Positions 1 through 10,572 of a DNA stretch of 64,000 bases are shown in pieces. The position numbers and the translations under genes were made by a program. The notes beneath the pieces are model-generated. The model searched no databases, had not been told where the DNA came from, and saw only the letters and a list, made by a program, of their open reading frames with translations. The first letter of the stretch is position 1. The number at the start of each line of letters is the position of its first letter. This DNA comes from Candidatus Eiseniibacteriota bacterium (GTDB lineage Bacteria; Eisenbacteria; RBG-16-71-46; JABDJR01), in the NCBI GenBank assembly GCA_963762255.1, contig CAVXKA010000001.1, forward strand, positions 576,001-640,000, given 5' to 3'.

Positions 1-1947
1 AGGACGAGGGCGAGCGCGACGTCGAGCCCGTCTACGACGCGATCGCCGCTCACCGCGATCCCGTTGCCGACCCTCCCCGCGTCGAACTCTGGTCGGTGAT
101 CGCTCCCGAGGGCACGGATGCCGAGACCCGGCGCATCGCCGAGGCGCGCGAGATCGCGCGGGAGATCGCGGAACTCTGCCGGCCGGGGTCCGCGTTCCCC
201 GTCGGCGACCCTCCCGGCGACCGCCCCTGCACGCTGCGCGATATCGCGATCCTCATGCGCTCGCTCACCGACGTGACCCTCTACACGCGCGAGTTACGCG
301 AAGCCGGCATCGATTACGTGATCGGCGGAGGGAAGGCCTTCACCGAGCGCCCCGAGGTGGTGGAGGCGCTGGCGCTCCTCGAAGCGCTGGCCAACCCCGC
401 CGACCCGGTGGCCGCGCTCGCCGTGCTGCGCTCCGCGTTCGGCGGCGCCGACGACGGTGCCCTCGCCGCGTTCGCCCGCGACGGCGGACGGTTCTACTGG
501 CCGGGAACGCTTTCCGAGGAACTCGCCGCCGCCCACCCGTTGGTCGCCGCCGCCTTCAAGCGGCTCGCGCGCCTCGACCACGACACCCGCTACCTTCCGG
601 TGGACCGCCGCGTGCAGGCCGTTCTCACCGAGAGCGAGTTCCTCCTCGCGCAGTGCGCGTTCACCGACGGCGGCCAGCGCGTGGCGAACGTGCGGAAGCT
701 CGCGGAGCGCACCGCCACGCTGGCGCGCGACCGCGGACTGACGCTCGAAGAGGCGATCCTGCACCTGCGCGACGAGTTCACGGGCAATCGCGCGGAAGCG
801 GAGAGCCCGCTCGCCGACGAGGCGGTGAACGCCGTGCGCGTGATCACCATCCACAAGGCGAAGGGGCTCGAATACCCGGTCGTCTTCCTCCCTGACCTCG
901 GCCGGATGAAGCCCAACGAATGGCCGGAGACGCGCGCGGGCCTGTTCAGGTGCCACGGCGCGGTCTGGATCTCGCTCGTGAGCGCGGGGCGCAAGCGCGA
1001 AACACGCCGACGCAACGTCGCCGCGATGCTCGCGCGCGAAGAGAACGCTCGGCACGAAACCGCCGAGGAGAAACGTCTCCTCTACGTGGCGACGACGCGC
1101 GCCCGTGACAAGCTCGTGCTCGTCAACAGCGCGGTCTCGCGCTTGCCCTCCTGGGTGAAGGCGCTCCAGGAGCACTGGGGCTACGCGATCGACAAAGAGG
1201 ACGTCGAGCACCCCTTCGCCGGCAGCGGCGACTCGCTCCTGGACGGCGCGGTCACGCACCGGGAGATCACGTCGGCGCCACGTAAGGCCGGGGCGCTCCG
1301 GGCCGAACCGCGCGATGTGCTCCGGGCGGCGATCGCGTTTCGGGAGGTGGCCGAGCGCGCGGCGGCCTCGGCGGAGCATCGCTTCCGCACACCGAGTGCG
1401 GACCGGCGCGCGGACGCGGTGGAGCAAGCCGCGCAGGACGACGCCGAGGGCGCGGTGGAGCGCCTGCGCGAGCTGCCCCGCGCGGTGGGGCTCGCCGTAC
1501 ACGCCGCGCTGGAGCGGACCGACTTCGCGAAACCCGAGACCGCGGGCGCGGCGCTCACCGCGGCCGCCGAGGCCGCCGCGCGCGAGATCGGATGCGCGGC
1601 GGAGGATGTGCTCGCCGGAGCACAGACTCGCACTGCGCGGGTTGCTGGCATCGCCCATCATGAAACGCCTTGCCGCCGCCGAAATCCTTGGACGGGAAAC
1701 GCCCATTCTCTTCCGCGACCCCGACGGGAAGACCGTGCACGGCTACGCGGACCTCATCTACCGCGTGGACGGTCGCGTACACGTCGCCGACTACAAGACC
1801 GACGAAGCCTCCGCCGCCGAGGCCGCCGATCGCTATCGCGCGCAACTTGCCGACTACGCCGTCGCGGTGCGCGTCGCGATGGGTCTCGACGAGCCCCCCG
1901 CCACCGAACTCATCCTCGTTCGCACCGGCGAACGCGTGGAGCTGTGA
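1..1947 (+). CDS. UvrD/AddA-like helicase with C-terminal PD-(D/E)XK nuclease (5'-partial; frameshift near 1620)
   Basis: Helicase motifs DIAILMR, TIHKAKGLEYPVV and EEKRLLYVATTRARD in the 96 frame; nuclease motif GYADLIYR..VADYKT in the 1315..1947 frame. Confidence 0.85.
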
Positions 1948-2825
1948 TGCCCGCTTCGACCATTCCCCGCGCCACGCTGCCCCTTCTCATCGAGCGCTAC
2001 GCGTGCCTCTTGCTCGACGCCTACGGCGTGCTCGTCGCCCACGACGGCCCGCTCGCCGGGGCCTCGGCGGCGATCCACCATCTCAACGCGCTCACACATC
2101 CCTACTACATTCTCACCAACGACGCGTCGCGCAGTCCGCAGACGTCGTCGCGGCGCTACACGGGGATGGGCCTTCCGATCCCGGCCGAGCGCATTATCTC
2201 CTCCGGGCTGGCGCTCAAGCCCTACTTCGAGGCGCAGGGGTTGCGCGAAAGCCGTTGCCTGGTGCTGGGCACGGAAGACTCCAGGCAATACGTGCGCGAG
2301 GCCGGCGGCGTGCCGGTCGCGTTCGGCGGCGATGCGGATGCCGTGGTGGTCTGCGACGAGTGCGGGTACTCGTTTCTGGAGATGCTCGACGAGACGCTGA
2401 GCTTCCTCTACCGCAAGCTCGACGCGGGCGAGACGCCTCGACTGATCCTCGCCAACCCCGATCTCCTCTATCCGGCGTCCGACGGACGATACGGCTTCAC
2501 CGGCGGCGCGGTGGCGCTCCTTCTCGAGGAGGCCTTGCGCCTGCGCTATCCCCGGCGCGAAGATCTCGCCTTCGTGCGTCTCGGCAAGCCCTTCACGCCG
2601 ATGTTCGAGGAAGCGTTCCGCCGCTCGGGAACCCGCGACATGGTCATGGTGGGCGACCAACCGCGCACCGACATCCGGGGGGCGCGCGCGTTCGGCATCG
2701 ACAGCGCGCTCATCACCACCGGCGTCACACGGATCGAGCACGGCACGTTCGACGACGACGCCCGACCGACATGGATCCTGGAATCGCTCTCGCTCGACGG
2801 GACCGAAAGGAGCGCCGCAACATGA
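1947..2825 (+). CDS. HAD-IIA family hydrolase (NagD-like)
   Basis: ATG overlaps the upstream TGA; motifs LLDAYGVL, LTNDAS, LGKP and VGDQPRTDI. Confidence 0.85.
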   Translation: MPASTIPRATLPLLIERYACLLLDAYGVLVAHDGPLAGASAAIHHLNALTHPYYILTNDASRSPQTSSRRYTGMGLPIPAERIISSGLALKPYFEAQGLRESRCLVLGTEDSRQYVREAGGVPVAFGGDADAVVVCDECGYSFLEMLDETLSFLYRKLDAGETPRLILANPDLLYPASDGRYGFTGGAVALLLEEALRLRYPRREDLAFVRLGKPFTPMFEEAFRRSGTRDMVMVGDQPRTDIRGARAFGIDSALITTGVTRIEHGTFDDDARPTWILESLSLDGTERSAAT

Positions 2826-3334
2826 GGTCCGTTCTCGAACTCGCGGGTGCTCGACTCACATGGAGACAGCCGCGCCTTTTCGTCCGCTCGTTCGAGTTGT
2901 CGAACGGCGACGGCCAGGTGCTGGCCAGGCTTCAGTGGCGGAACCTGTTCACGGATCGCGCATCGGCGGAAAGCGCGGAGGGCCGCTGGGAGTTCCGCAG
3001 GGCGGGGCTCTTCAGCCGCCGAGTCGTGATCCAACGCGAGGGGTCGGATGTGGAGGCCGGCGTGTTCACGCGCGGCTTCTTCGGCGGCAAGCTGGAGCTC
3101 GCAGGCGGGCACGAATACCGCGTTCGGCTCCTGCGGTTCTGGCCGCGGCACTGGGCCGTTGTCGACGGCTCCGACCGCCAGCTCATTCGTGTCGAGGTTG
3201 CGTTCCCCCTCTTCAAGGACCGGGCTCGCATCACCGTCGCACCCGAGGCCGCTCAGAACCCGGACATCCCCCTCCTCGTGCTCTTCTCCTGGTTCCACAT
3301 CGTGCACGTGCGCCATCGCGGAGAGTCGAGCTGA
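2822..3334 (+). CDS. hypothetical protein (LURP1/tubby-like beta-rich protein)
   Basis: ATGA overlap with the HAD gene; protein-like composition from MRSVLELAG. Confidence 0.6.
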   Translation: MRSVLELAGARLTWRQPRLFVRSFELSNGDGQVLARLQWRNLFTDRASAESAEGRWEFRRAGLFSRRVVIQREGSDVEAGVFTRGFFGGKLELAGGHEYRVRLLRFWPRHWAVVDGSDRQLIRVEVAFPLFKDRARITVAPEAAQNPDIPLLVLFSWFHIVHVRHRGESS

Positions 3335-3410
3335 GCCTCGTCGACGCGGCCCCGCCGCTTCGGTAGACTACATCCCCTTACCCTCCCCCCGGTTCGTAAG
3401 GAGAACAGCC

Positions 3411-4013
3411 ATGGCTTTCGGCTGGGAAGGCGCGCTCGTGCGCCTCGTGCCCCTGGACAAGGACAAACACCTCGCCAACGCGATGCGCTGGCTGAACGAC
3501 CCCGAGGTGACCGAGTGGACCTTGGTGGGCGATCTGCCGGTCACGCGCCTGGGCGAGGAAGCCTACTTCGACCGCATGATGAAGGGTCCGGAGAGCGACA
3601 TCGCGCTCGGCATGGAAACCCTGGAAGGGCTGCACATCGGGTTCACCGGCGCGCACAAGGTGGACTACCGGCAGGGCGTGGCCACCACCGGATCCATCAT
3701 CGGTGACAAGGACTATTGGAGCCGCGGGTTCGGCACCGATGCCGCCCGCGTGCGCACGCGCTACCTCTTCGACGTGATCGGGCTTCGGCTTCTCCTCTCG
3801 GACACGCTGGGAGAGAACGAGCGCTCGCAGCGGATGCTGAAACGCGTTGGGTACCGCGAGGTGGGACGCATCCCCCGCCGGGATTGGAAGCACGGCACCT
3901 ATCACGACCGTGTGCTCTTCGCGCTCCACCGCGAGGATTGGTTGGCGCTGCACCGCGCGGAAGCCGCGCGCAGCCCTGAGGCCGGCGCCGGCCCCAAGGG
4001 AGGCAAGTCATGA
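3411..4013 (+). CDS. RimJ/RimL-type GNAT N-acetyltransferase
   Basis: RBS aaggag; motifs IGDKDYWSRGFGT and ENERSQRMLKRVGY. Confidence 0.85.
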   Translation: MAFGWEGALVRLVPLDKDKHLANAMRWLNDPEVTEWTLVGDLPVTRLGEEAYFDRMMKGPESDIALGMETLEGLHIGFTGAHKVDYRQGVATTGSIIGDKDYWSRGFGTDAARVRTRYLFDVIGLRLLLSDTLGENERSQRMLKRVGYREVGRIPRRDWKHGTYHDRVLFALHREDWLALHRAEAARSPEAGAGPKGGKS

Positions 4014-5188
4014 GCGCCCGCGAGGACTACGGCCTCCCGGCCTCGCAGGAGGAAATCGATCTTCTGTGCGACATCCAGGCCGACGCGTTTTCGTTCCCGC
4101 CGGACATGGCGCGAAAGCGCGTGGAGCAGTTCGGGTCGGGCCTCGCGCGGGCGTTGCGCGAGAACGGTCGCATTACCGCGGGGCTCTGGCTCATCGACAT
4201 GGGTCAGTGGTTCGGGGGCCGCAGCGTGCCCATGACCGGCGTGGGGGCGGTCGCGGTGGCGCCGGAGGCGCGGGGACGCGGCGCGGCGTTCAGACTCATG
4301 CGCTGCGCGCTCGAGGAGATGCGCGAGCGTGGGATTGCGCTCTCGTCGCTCTACCCCGCCACGCAGACTCTCTACCGCAAGGCCGGCTACGAGCAGGCGG
4401 GCGCGCGGTTCGCGGTGTCGGTGCAGCCGTACCTGATCGGAGTGCGTGACCGATCGCTCCCCATGCGTCCGTCCACCGAGGCGGATCGCCCCGCGATCGA
4501 GGCCCTCTACGGCGACTACGCCCCGCGCTTCGCGGGTGCGCTGGAGCGCGTGCCGTTCAACTGGGCGCGCGTGTACTCCCCCCGCGATACTCCGGCCAAG
4601 GGATTCGTGGTGGAGGAGAACGGCGGCATCACCGGCTACGTGTTCCGTACCCAGGACCCGATCACGCCGATGGGCTTCGACATCAACGTCACCGACATGG
4701 CGGCGGTGACTCCCGGCGCGGGACGGCGAATCCTCACCTTCCTGGCGGATCACGGATCGATGGCGCGCGAAGTGCACTGGTACGGCGGTCCCGCCGACCC
4801 GCTCCTCGCTCTCATGCCCGAGCAGAAGTACAAGATGGAGCTGCGTTTCTACTGGATGACCCGGATCGTCCATCTGCCGGCAGCCTTGGAAGCACGCGGT
4901 TATCCGGACGGGATGCGGGCCGAGCTGCACCTCGAGGTGCGCGACGACGTGCTTCCCGACAACGCGAAGAAGTGGGTGCTGGAAGTCGCCGATGGCGCGG
5001 CGAAGGTGCGCGAGGGCGGGAAGGGATCGCTACACGTGGATGCCTGCGGCCTAGCCTCGCTTTACGCCGGGTTCATGACCCCGGGGATGCTTCGCGCGAC
5101 CGGCAATCTGGAGGGAGACGCCGGCGCAATGCGCACCGCGCGCGCGCTGTTCGACGGTCACTCGCCGTGGATGCGCGACATGTTCTGA
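4010..5188 (+). CDS. Eis-like GNAT acetyltransferase with C-terminal SCP2-like domain
   Basis: VAVAPEARGRG, SSLYP...LYRKAGYE and a C-terminal W(M)xDxF motif. Confidence 0.85.
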   Translation: MSAREDYGLPASQEEIDLLCDIQADAFSFPPDMARKRVEQFGSGLARALRENGRITAGLWLIDMGQWFGGRSVPMTGVGAVAVAPEARGRGAAFRLMRCALEEMRERGIALSSLYPATQTLYRKAGYEQAGARFAVSVQPYLIGVRDRSLPMRPSTEADRPAIEALYGDYAPRFAGALERVPFNWARVYSPRDTPAKGFVVEENGGITGYVFRTQDPITPMGFDINVTDMAAVTPGAGRRILTFLADHGSMAREVHWYGGPADPLLALMPEQKYKMELRFYWMTRIVHLPAALEARGYPDGMRAELHLEVRDDVLPDNAKKWVLEVADGAAKVREGGKGSLHVDACGLASLYAGFMTPGMLRATGNLEGDAGAMRTARALFDGHSPWMRDMF

Positions 5189-5243
5189 GCGCCGGCGCGA
5201 TAGAATTGACAGTCCGGCGAAGACCGCCGGGATGGAGGTTTCG

Positions 5244-6341
5244 ATGAGCCAGCGGTTGTATGTCGCCACGCGCAAGGGTCTCTTCTCGCTCAAGCGGAAG
5301 ACGGGGCCCGTCCCGGGTTGGGCGATCGAACAGGTTTATTTCCTCGGCGAGCACGTCTCCATGGTGCTCCCCGACCGACGCGACGGCACGCTCTACGCGG
5401 CGCTCCACTCCCGGGACTCCGGAGTGAAGCTGCATCGCACCTCCGATCGTGGCCAATCGTGGGACGAGTGCACCACCCCCGCGTTCCCGAAGGCGGGCAA
5501 GGGCGAGGCCAAGGGCTCCCCGTCGCTGCGCATGATCTGGTCGCTGGAGGGCGCGGGCAAGGACAAGGCGGGCGAACTCTGGGCGGGCACGATTCCCGGC
5601 GGGCTCTTCCACTCCGGGACGCGGGGCGATACGTGGACCTTCGTGCGGTCGTTGTGGGCGCGCCCCGAGCGCGAGGCGTGGACGGGCGGCGGCTTCGGCG
5701 AGCCCGGCATCCACTCGATCTGCGTGGACCCGCGCGACAGCCGTCGTGTCCTGATCGGGGTGTCGGTCGGCGGCGTCTGGCTCACCGAGGACTCCGGCCA
5801 GACCTGGGCCCTGCGCGCGACCGGCATGTTCGCGGACGACGTCCCGGCGGAACAGAGCAAGGATCCCAACCTGCAGGATCCGCATCGCATCGTGCAGTGC
5901 CCGTCCAACCCCGACATGCTCTGGTGCCAGCATCACAACGGCGTCTTCCGGAGCGTGGACGGCGGGCTGGCATGGACCGAGGTGCCGGCGGTGAAGCCGT
6001 CCGTGTTCGGGTTCTCGGTGGCGGTCCACCCCAAGGACCCCGAGACCGCGTGGTTCGTTCCGACGATGAAGGACGAATGCCGCGTTCCCGAGAAGGGCAA
6101 GGTCTCGGTGGCCCGCACCCGCGACGGCGGCGCCAAGTTCACCGTGCTCCGGGAGGGCCTCCCTCAGAAGCACGCCTACGACCTGGTCTATCGGCACGGG
6201 CTCGACGTGGACGACACCGGAGACCGGCTCGCCGTGGGCTCGACTACGGGATCGCTCTGGATCTCGGAGGATCAGGGGGAAACCTGGGCGACGGTCTCGG
6301 CGAACCTCCCCCCCATCTGCTGCGTGAGATTCGAGAAGTAG
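5244..6341 (+). CDS. BNR/Asp-box repeat beta-propeller (sialidase/glycosyl hydrolase-like)
   Basis: Multiple S/T-x-D-x-G-x-T/S-W Asp boxes. Confidence 0.8.
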   Translation: MSQRLYVATRKGLFSLKRKTGPVPGWAIEQVYFLGEHVSMVLPDRRDGTLYAALHSRDSGVKLHRTSDRGQSWDECTTPAFPKAGKGEAKGSPSLRMIWSLEGAGKDKAGELWAGTIPGGLFHSGTRGDTWTFVRSLWARPEREAWTGGGFGEPGIHSICVDPRDSRRVLIGVSVGGVWLTEDSGQTWALRATGMFADDVPAEQSKDPNLQDPHRIVQCPSNPDMLWCQHHNGVFRSVDGGLAWTEVPAVKPSVFGFSVAVHPKDPETAWFVPTMKDECRVPEKGKVSVARTRDGGAKFTVLREGLPQKHAYDLVYRHGLDVDDTGDRLAVGSTTGSLWISEDQGETWATVSANLPPICCVRFEK

Positions 6342-6469
6342 CTTCCCGGCGTGCGGGTCGCGCCTGGCGGCTTGCGACCGCCGAGCGTCGATCTCGCCCC
6401 CTCGCGCCGAGCCGGGTATACTCCCGCCTCACCCCCGTGAAGTTTCACCCGCAGGCCAGGAAGGGCACG

Positions 6470-7120
6470 ATGAAGAAGTACGTCATCATGGGCGTCCAGG
6501 GGTCGGGGAAGGGCACGCAGGCGAAGCTCCTCTGCGAGCGATACGGGCTGATTCACATCAGCGTCGGCGACATCTTCCGCGGACACATTCAAGAGCGCAC
6601 CAAACTCGCCGCGCGCATCCAGCGAATGATGGCCGAGGGGAGGCTCGTCCCCGACGAGATCGTCATCGCGATGATCCAGCGGCGGCTGGACGATCACGAT
6701 TGGAACCACGGGTTCATCCTCGACGGGTTCCCGCGCAACCGCGTCCAGGCCGAGTTCTTCCTCGAGACCTACGACATCGATGCGGTCATCCTCATCGATG
6801 TGCCGGACAAGGCCGTGATCGAGCGCATCGCCGCGCGTCGCCTCTGCACGCAGTGCGGGGCCGATTTCAACCTGATCTCGGCGCCGCCCGCGAAGGCGGG
6901 CATCTGCGACACGTGCGGCGGGAAGTTGCGGCAGCGCGCCGACGACACCGAGAAGGCGATCCGCTCCCGTTTGCAGGACTACCACAAGCAGACCGCGCCG
7001 CTCCTCGATCTCTTCCGCAAGAAGGAGACGGTGGTGTCGGTGGACGGGACGAAGGCGCCGGAGAAGGTGCACCAGGAGATCCGGCGGAAGCTCAAGCTGC
7101 CGGTCGTGAAGGCGCGGTGA
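6470..7120 (+). CDS. adk: adenylate kinase (Zn-lid type)
   Basis: P-loop GVQGSGKGTQA, LDGFPRN, lid CxxC..CxxC and QRADD. Confidence 0.9.
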   Translation: MKKYVIMGVQGSGKGTQAKLLCERYGLIHISVGDIFRGHIQERTKLAARIQRMMAEGRLVPDEIVIAMIQRRLDDHDWNHGFILDGFPRNRVQAEFFLETYDIDAVILIDVPDKAVIERIAARRLCTQCGADFNLISAPPAKAGICDTCGGKLRQRADDTEKAIRSRLQDYHKQTAPLLDLFRKKETVVSVDGTKAPEKVHQEIRRKLKLPVVKAR

Positions 7121-7492
7121 GGGCGTAGGAGCGGTTCATCGGGGGTGGTGGCAATCCGATTCGATGCTCACCCGGGTGAGCACGGCGGACGGCTCAAGTC
7201 CAGTCGGCTGGACTCGGGGAATGCGCCCTGCGGCGCCCGGGCCCGGTGTGGCATCCGCTGAGACGCGGCGCGTAGCGGGTCTCCCGTCGACCGCAGTCCG
7301 AAGGGCCGCGAAGCGGGGGCCCCTTCGGCGAGGGCGACGGGCGAGACGCGAAGCGCCGCGCGGGGCGAGACGGCGCGAGCCGCGCCCGCGCCCGCGCGGG
7401 GCGCCCTGTGACCAATCCCGCCTCGGTGCGTCCTTCCGCGTGAAGCCAGCCATGCCTGCCGCACCGGCCACGCAAAGGAGTCTCACCGCACC

Positions 7493-7879
7493 ATGCACAT
7501 GGAAATCGTCTTCCCCGACGGGGACCGCGTCGACGCCCTCTCCAACGGCAACGTCATTCGAACCGAGCAGGACGGTTCCGGCCCTGCGCCGTTCGAGCTG
7601 TTCCTGGCCTCGATCGGCACCTGCGCGGGGATCTACGTTTCGCGCTTCTGCCGCCAGCGCGGCATCTCGACTGCCGACATCCGCATCCGCCAGACGATGC
7701 GCGTCAACCCAACCACGCGGATGGTGGACGGCATCGACCTCGACATCGCCCTCCCCGACGATTTCCCCGAGCAATACAAGGACGCCGTGGTGCGCTCGGC
7801 GCAGCTCTGCGCGGTGAAGAAACATCTGGAGAACCCGCCGGAGATTCAGGTGCGCACGGTTTCGCTCGTAGACAACTGA
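7493..7879 (+). CDS. OsmC/YhfA family protein
   Basis: PFELFLASIGTCAG and CAVKKHL motifs; RBS aaggag. Confidence 0.85.
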   Translation: MHMEIVFPDGDRVDALSNGNVIRTEQDGSGPAPFELFLASIGTCAGIYVSRFCRQRGISTADIRIRQTMRVNPTTRMVDGIDLDIALPDDFPEQYKDAVVRSAQLCAVKKHLENPPEIQVRTVSLVDN

Positions 7880-7909
7880 GCGAGACCGTGTCGCTCGTAG
7901 ACAACTGAG
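7862..7909 (+). repeat. 19-bp direct repeat TCGCTCGTAGACAACTGAG duplicating the osmC 3' end
   Basis: Copies at 7862-7880 and 7891-7909. Confidence 0.9.
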
Positions 7910-7936
7910 GAGGCCGCGGCTAAACAGTAGAGCCGG

Positions 7937-8608
7937 TCAGCTCTTGACGCGCTCCCGAACGTAGATGGGACGCTGCCCCGCCGGTCGTCGGAGCTTGCGA
8001 TAGCCGGCATCCACGAAGAGCGCGGGCACCCCGGTCCATGCGAACGCTGCAGGCATGGGCTTCTCGGCCGAAGCCGGCACCGCTGGAAAGCCCTCCACCT
8101 GCGTCGCGCCCAGCGCGAACGCGCGTTCGGTGGCCGCGGCAAGAAGCGCCTTCGCCACCCCCTTGCGCCGCCAGCCCGAGGGGATGAAGAAGCAGACGAC
8201 GGACCATGTGCCGGCCGGCGCGCCGCGCTCGAGCGACGGGGCGTTTCCCAGGCGCGCGAAGCTCTCGCGGAGGCCGAACGCGCACCAACCCACCGGCGTC
8301 TTTCCCGCGAACGCGAGCACGCCGTGTACCTCGCCCCCCATCACGCGCTTCTTGAACGCGGCCTTATTCTTCGGCCCCTGCATCTCTTTCCACATTTTGC
8401 CGCCGTGGGGCACGTGCCACCACATGCACCAGCAGCCCGCGCAGGCGCCACGCGCGCCAAACAGGGTCTCAACGATCGGCCAGTCCTTCGCGGCGAGCTG
8501 GCGGACGGTCAGCGCGGCCGTCTCCGGTCGGGCGGCGGCACTGGAGGGCTTCTTCTTCGCCGGCGTCTTCGCCGTCTTCCTGGTCGTCTTCGTCGTTTCA
8601 TGCGCCAT
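7937..8608 (-). CDS. GNAT family N-acetyltransferase
   Basis: CWCMWW, VGWCAFG, CFFIPSGWRRKGVA and VEGFP motifs. Confidence 0.85.
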   Translation of the reverse strand: MAHETTKTTRKTAKTPAKKKPSSAAARPETAALTVRQLAAKDWPIVETLFGARGACAGCWCMWWHVPHGGKMWKEMQGPKNKAAFKKRVMGGEVHGVLAFAGKTPVGWCAFGLRESFARLGNAPSLERGAPAGTWSVVCFFIPSGWRRKGVAKALLAAATERAFALGATQVEGFPAVPASAEKPMPAAFAWTGVPALFVDAGYRKLRRPAGQRPIYVRERVKS

Positions 8609-8705
8609 GCCGCACCTCCGAGCCGGCCTTCGTGCCCGCCGCGCCGAAGTGTATGCTGTCCGCCGAGCCCGACGCTCGGGCCGGCTGTATCAAGGAGTAC
8701 CCGTC

Positions 8706-9101
8706 ATGCTCGAACTCGAGAGCCAGCGCACGTATCTTCGGATCGGGGTGATCTACCTGATCCTCGGCGCGCCCGGGCTCGTATGGCTCGCGATCGGCGA
8801 CCTCTTCGCCTCCCGCAACATCTACCTGCTGACGTCACTTCTCGGTCTGCCGCTGAGCGTTCTGTTCGTCCTCTTCGGCACCGGGAAGTTCCCGCGGAAC
8901 ACTCGAAGCTGGTACGCCGTGCGGGTGGCCGTGCTGTCGCTCTTCTTCGCCGTCCTGCTTCTGGCCTCGCTTCTCGTCGTGCGGCTCGGCGCGGTCATGT
9001 TCGAGACCTCGGCGCGATTCTGCCTGATGGCATCGTCGTACCTGGCGTTGGTGACCCTGGTCCTCGGCATCTCCGCCGCACTTCGCGGAAAGCGGCAATG
9101 A
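8706..9101 (+). CDS. small 4-TM membrane protein
   Basis: RBS aaggag before the ATG; four hydrophobic segments. Confidence 0.6.
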   Translation: MLELESQRTYLRIGVIYLILGAPGLVWLAIGDLFASRNIYLLTSLLGLPLSVLFVLFGTGKFPRNTRSWYAVRVAVLSLFFAVLLLASLLVVRLGAVMFETSARFCLMASSYLALVTLVLGISAALRGKRQ

Positions 9102-9141
9102 CCGGGCGGGGCTGGCGAACCGAGGCAATGCAGGCCGCGGC

Positions 9142-10572
9142 CTACTTCGTCATGACGATGTCTTTCCAGAAATCGGTCTCGCGAAGTACCGGCCAGCGGG
9201 CGAACTGATCCCAGATCGGCTGCGCGCGCCGGCGAAAGACCGAGTCCTCGAGGTCGTCGTTCGAGGGGAGATCCGCACCGAGCCGGTTGCGCCCGAGCAC
9301 GTTGCCCCCGATCGAGAAGATCGACGGCGCGGCGTGCTTGGCGATGGGCAGTTGATAGCAGTAGGGCTCCCCCGAGTCGTAACGCGGATCCTGCCCGGTC
9401 TTCATCACGATGTTCTGGACGAAGCGTCCCGGCGCCGGCGGCAGATCGCTGGTGCGTACAATGGAGGCGCCGCACGCTCCGGTGTCGAAGATCGCGTTAC
9501 GCTGGAAGAACCCGGAGGGGCGCCCGTGCCCGGCATCCCAGAGGGCTACCCCCCAGGTGGCAACGTGCTCGATGATGTTCTCTTCCGCCGTGAGTTGGGC
9601 ATCGACGAACACGCCGATGCCCTTCCAATAGCGGCGCACCACGTTCCCGCGCACGGTGGCATAGGCGTTCCATGTGGCGCCGATGCCGACGCCTCGGCCG
9701 CCGCCGACTCGCTCGCCGCGGGCGAGGTCCACACCGTCGATCCAGTTTCCCTCGATGACCGCCTGCGAATTGCGATAGAGGGCAATCCCGTCCCAGGAAT
9801 TGCGCACGATGCGGTTGTTGCGGATGGTGAGCACTCCGCCGTCGCGGCCCACCACGCCGATGATCCCGACCACGGTCTTGGCCACCGTGGTGGAGTCGCC
9901 GATGTTGTCGCGGAGCGTGCATCCTTCGATAGTGACCGAACCGTTCTTGACCACCACCGCACCGTCGGTGGCCGCCGCGGAGGTATCGCGCTCGCCGGCG
10001 GTCACCGTGAGCCGCTCGAGCGTGCAGTTATGGCACTCCTCGAACAGAAGTCCATAGCCCGCATGCGTGCGGATGATCGCTTCACCCTGCTCGGGGCCGA
10101 CCAGACGGAGGGCGCTCCCCCGGACGATGAGGCCGACCGTGGCCTGCACCAGCGTCGATTCGGACTCGCAGTTGCCGCAGGTCGCTTCGACGTAGGGATC
10201 CGGTTCGATGTCGTACGTGCCGGCCGCGAAGCGAATGATCGTCCCGGGCGCGGCGCCACGCAGCGCGGCTCGCAGGTCGGTCAGCGCGCCGGGTACGTCC
10301 GCGCCTGGAGGAGCAACGAGGATTTCCGGGGTGACGACTGTGTCGACCGCCACCGGAACGGGCGTCGCTGCCGAATCCACGGCTGCCGAATCGCCGGGGG
10401 CTACAAGACTGGGGGCTACAAGGGTGTCGGAGACCGCCATCGAGTCGGCGACCGACGAATCGGGAGGAGCGGCGAGTTGAATGTCGGCAACGCCCTGGGC
10501 CCCGACACCTGGCGCGCCGCCAAGAACACATGAAGCAAGGAGGATCGCGGCGAGGCGTGCTCTAGTCGCCAT
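9142..10572 (-). CDS. secreted right-handed parallel beta-helix (pectin lyase-like) protein
   Basis: Signal peptide and repeated (I)xxNxI beta-helix motifs. Confidence 0.75.
   Translation of the reverse strand: MATRARLAAILLASCVLGGAPGVGAQGVADIQLAAPPDSSVADSMAVSDTLVAPSLVAPGDSAAVDSAATPVPVAVDTVVTPEILVAPPGADVPGALTDLRAALRGAAPGTIIRFAAGTYDIEPDPYVEATCGNCESESTLVQATVGLIVRGSALRLVGPEQGEAIIRTHAGYGLLFEECHNCTLERLTVTAGERDTSAAATDGAVVVKNGSVTIEGCTLRDNIGDSTTVAKTVVGIIGVVGRDGGVLTIRNNRIVRNSWDGIALYRNSQAVIEGNWIDGVDLARGERVGGGRGVGIGATWNAYATVRGNVVRRYWKGIGVFVDAQLTAEENIIEHVATWGVALWDAGHGRPSGFFQRNAIFDTGACGASIVRTSDLPPAPGRFVQNIVMKTGQDPRYDSGEPYCYQLPIAKHAAPSIFSIGGNVLGRNRLGADLPSNDDLEDSVFRRRAQPIWDQFARWPVLRETDFWKDIVMTK

Noticed and set aside
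96-2825. 909-aa helicase-HAD fusion in the ORF track
   Set aside because: Artefact of a frameshift near 1620. The helicase's nuclease domain is in another frame ending at 1947, where the HAD gene starts with its own ATG.
7128-7430. tmRNA, tRNA-Sec or cobalamin riboswitch (GGGGGTG..GATTCGA start)
   Set aside because: No T-arm/acceptor 3' end, UCA anticodon arm, tag reading frame or B12-box could be found.
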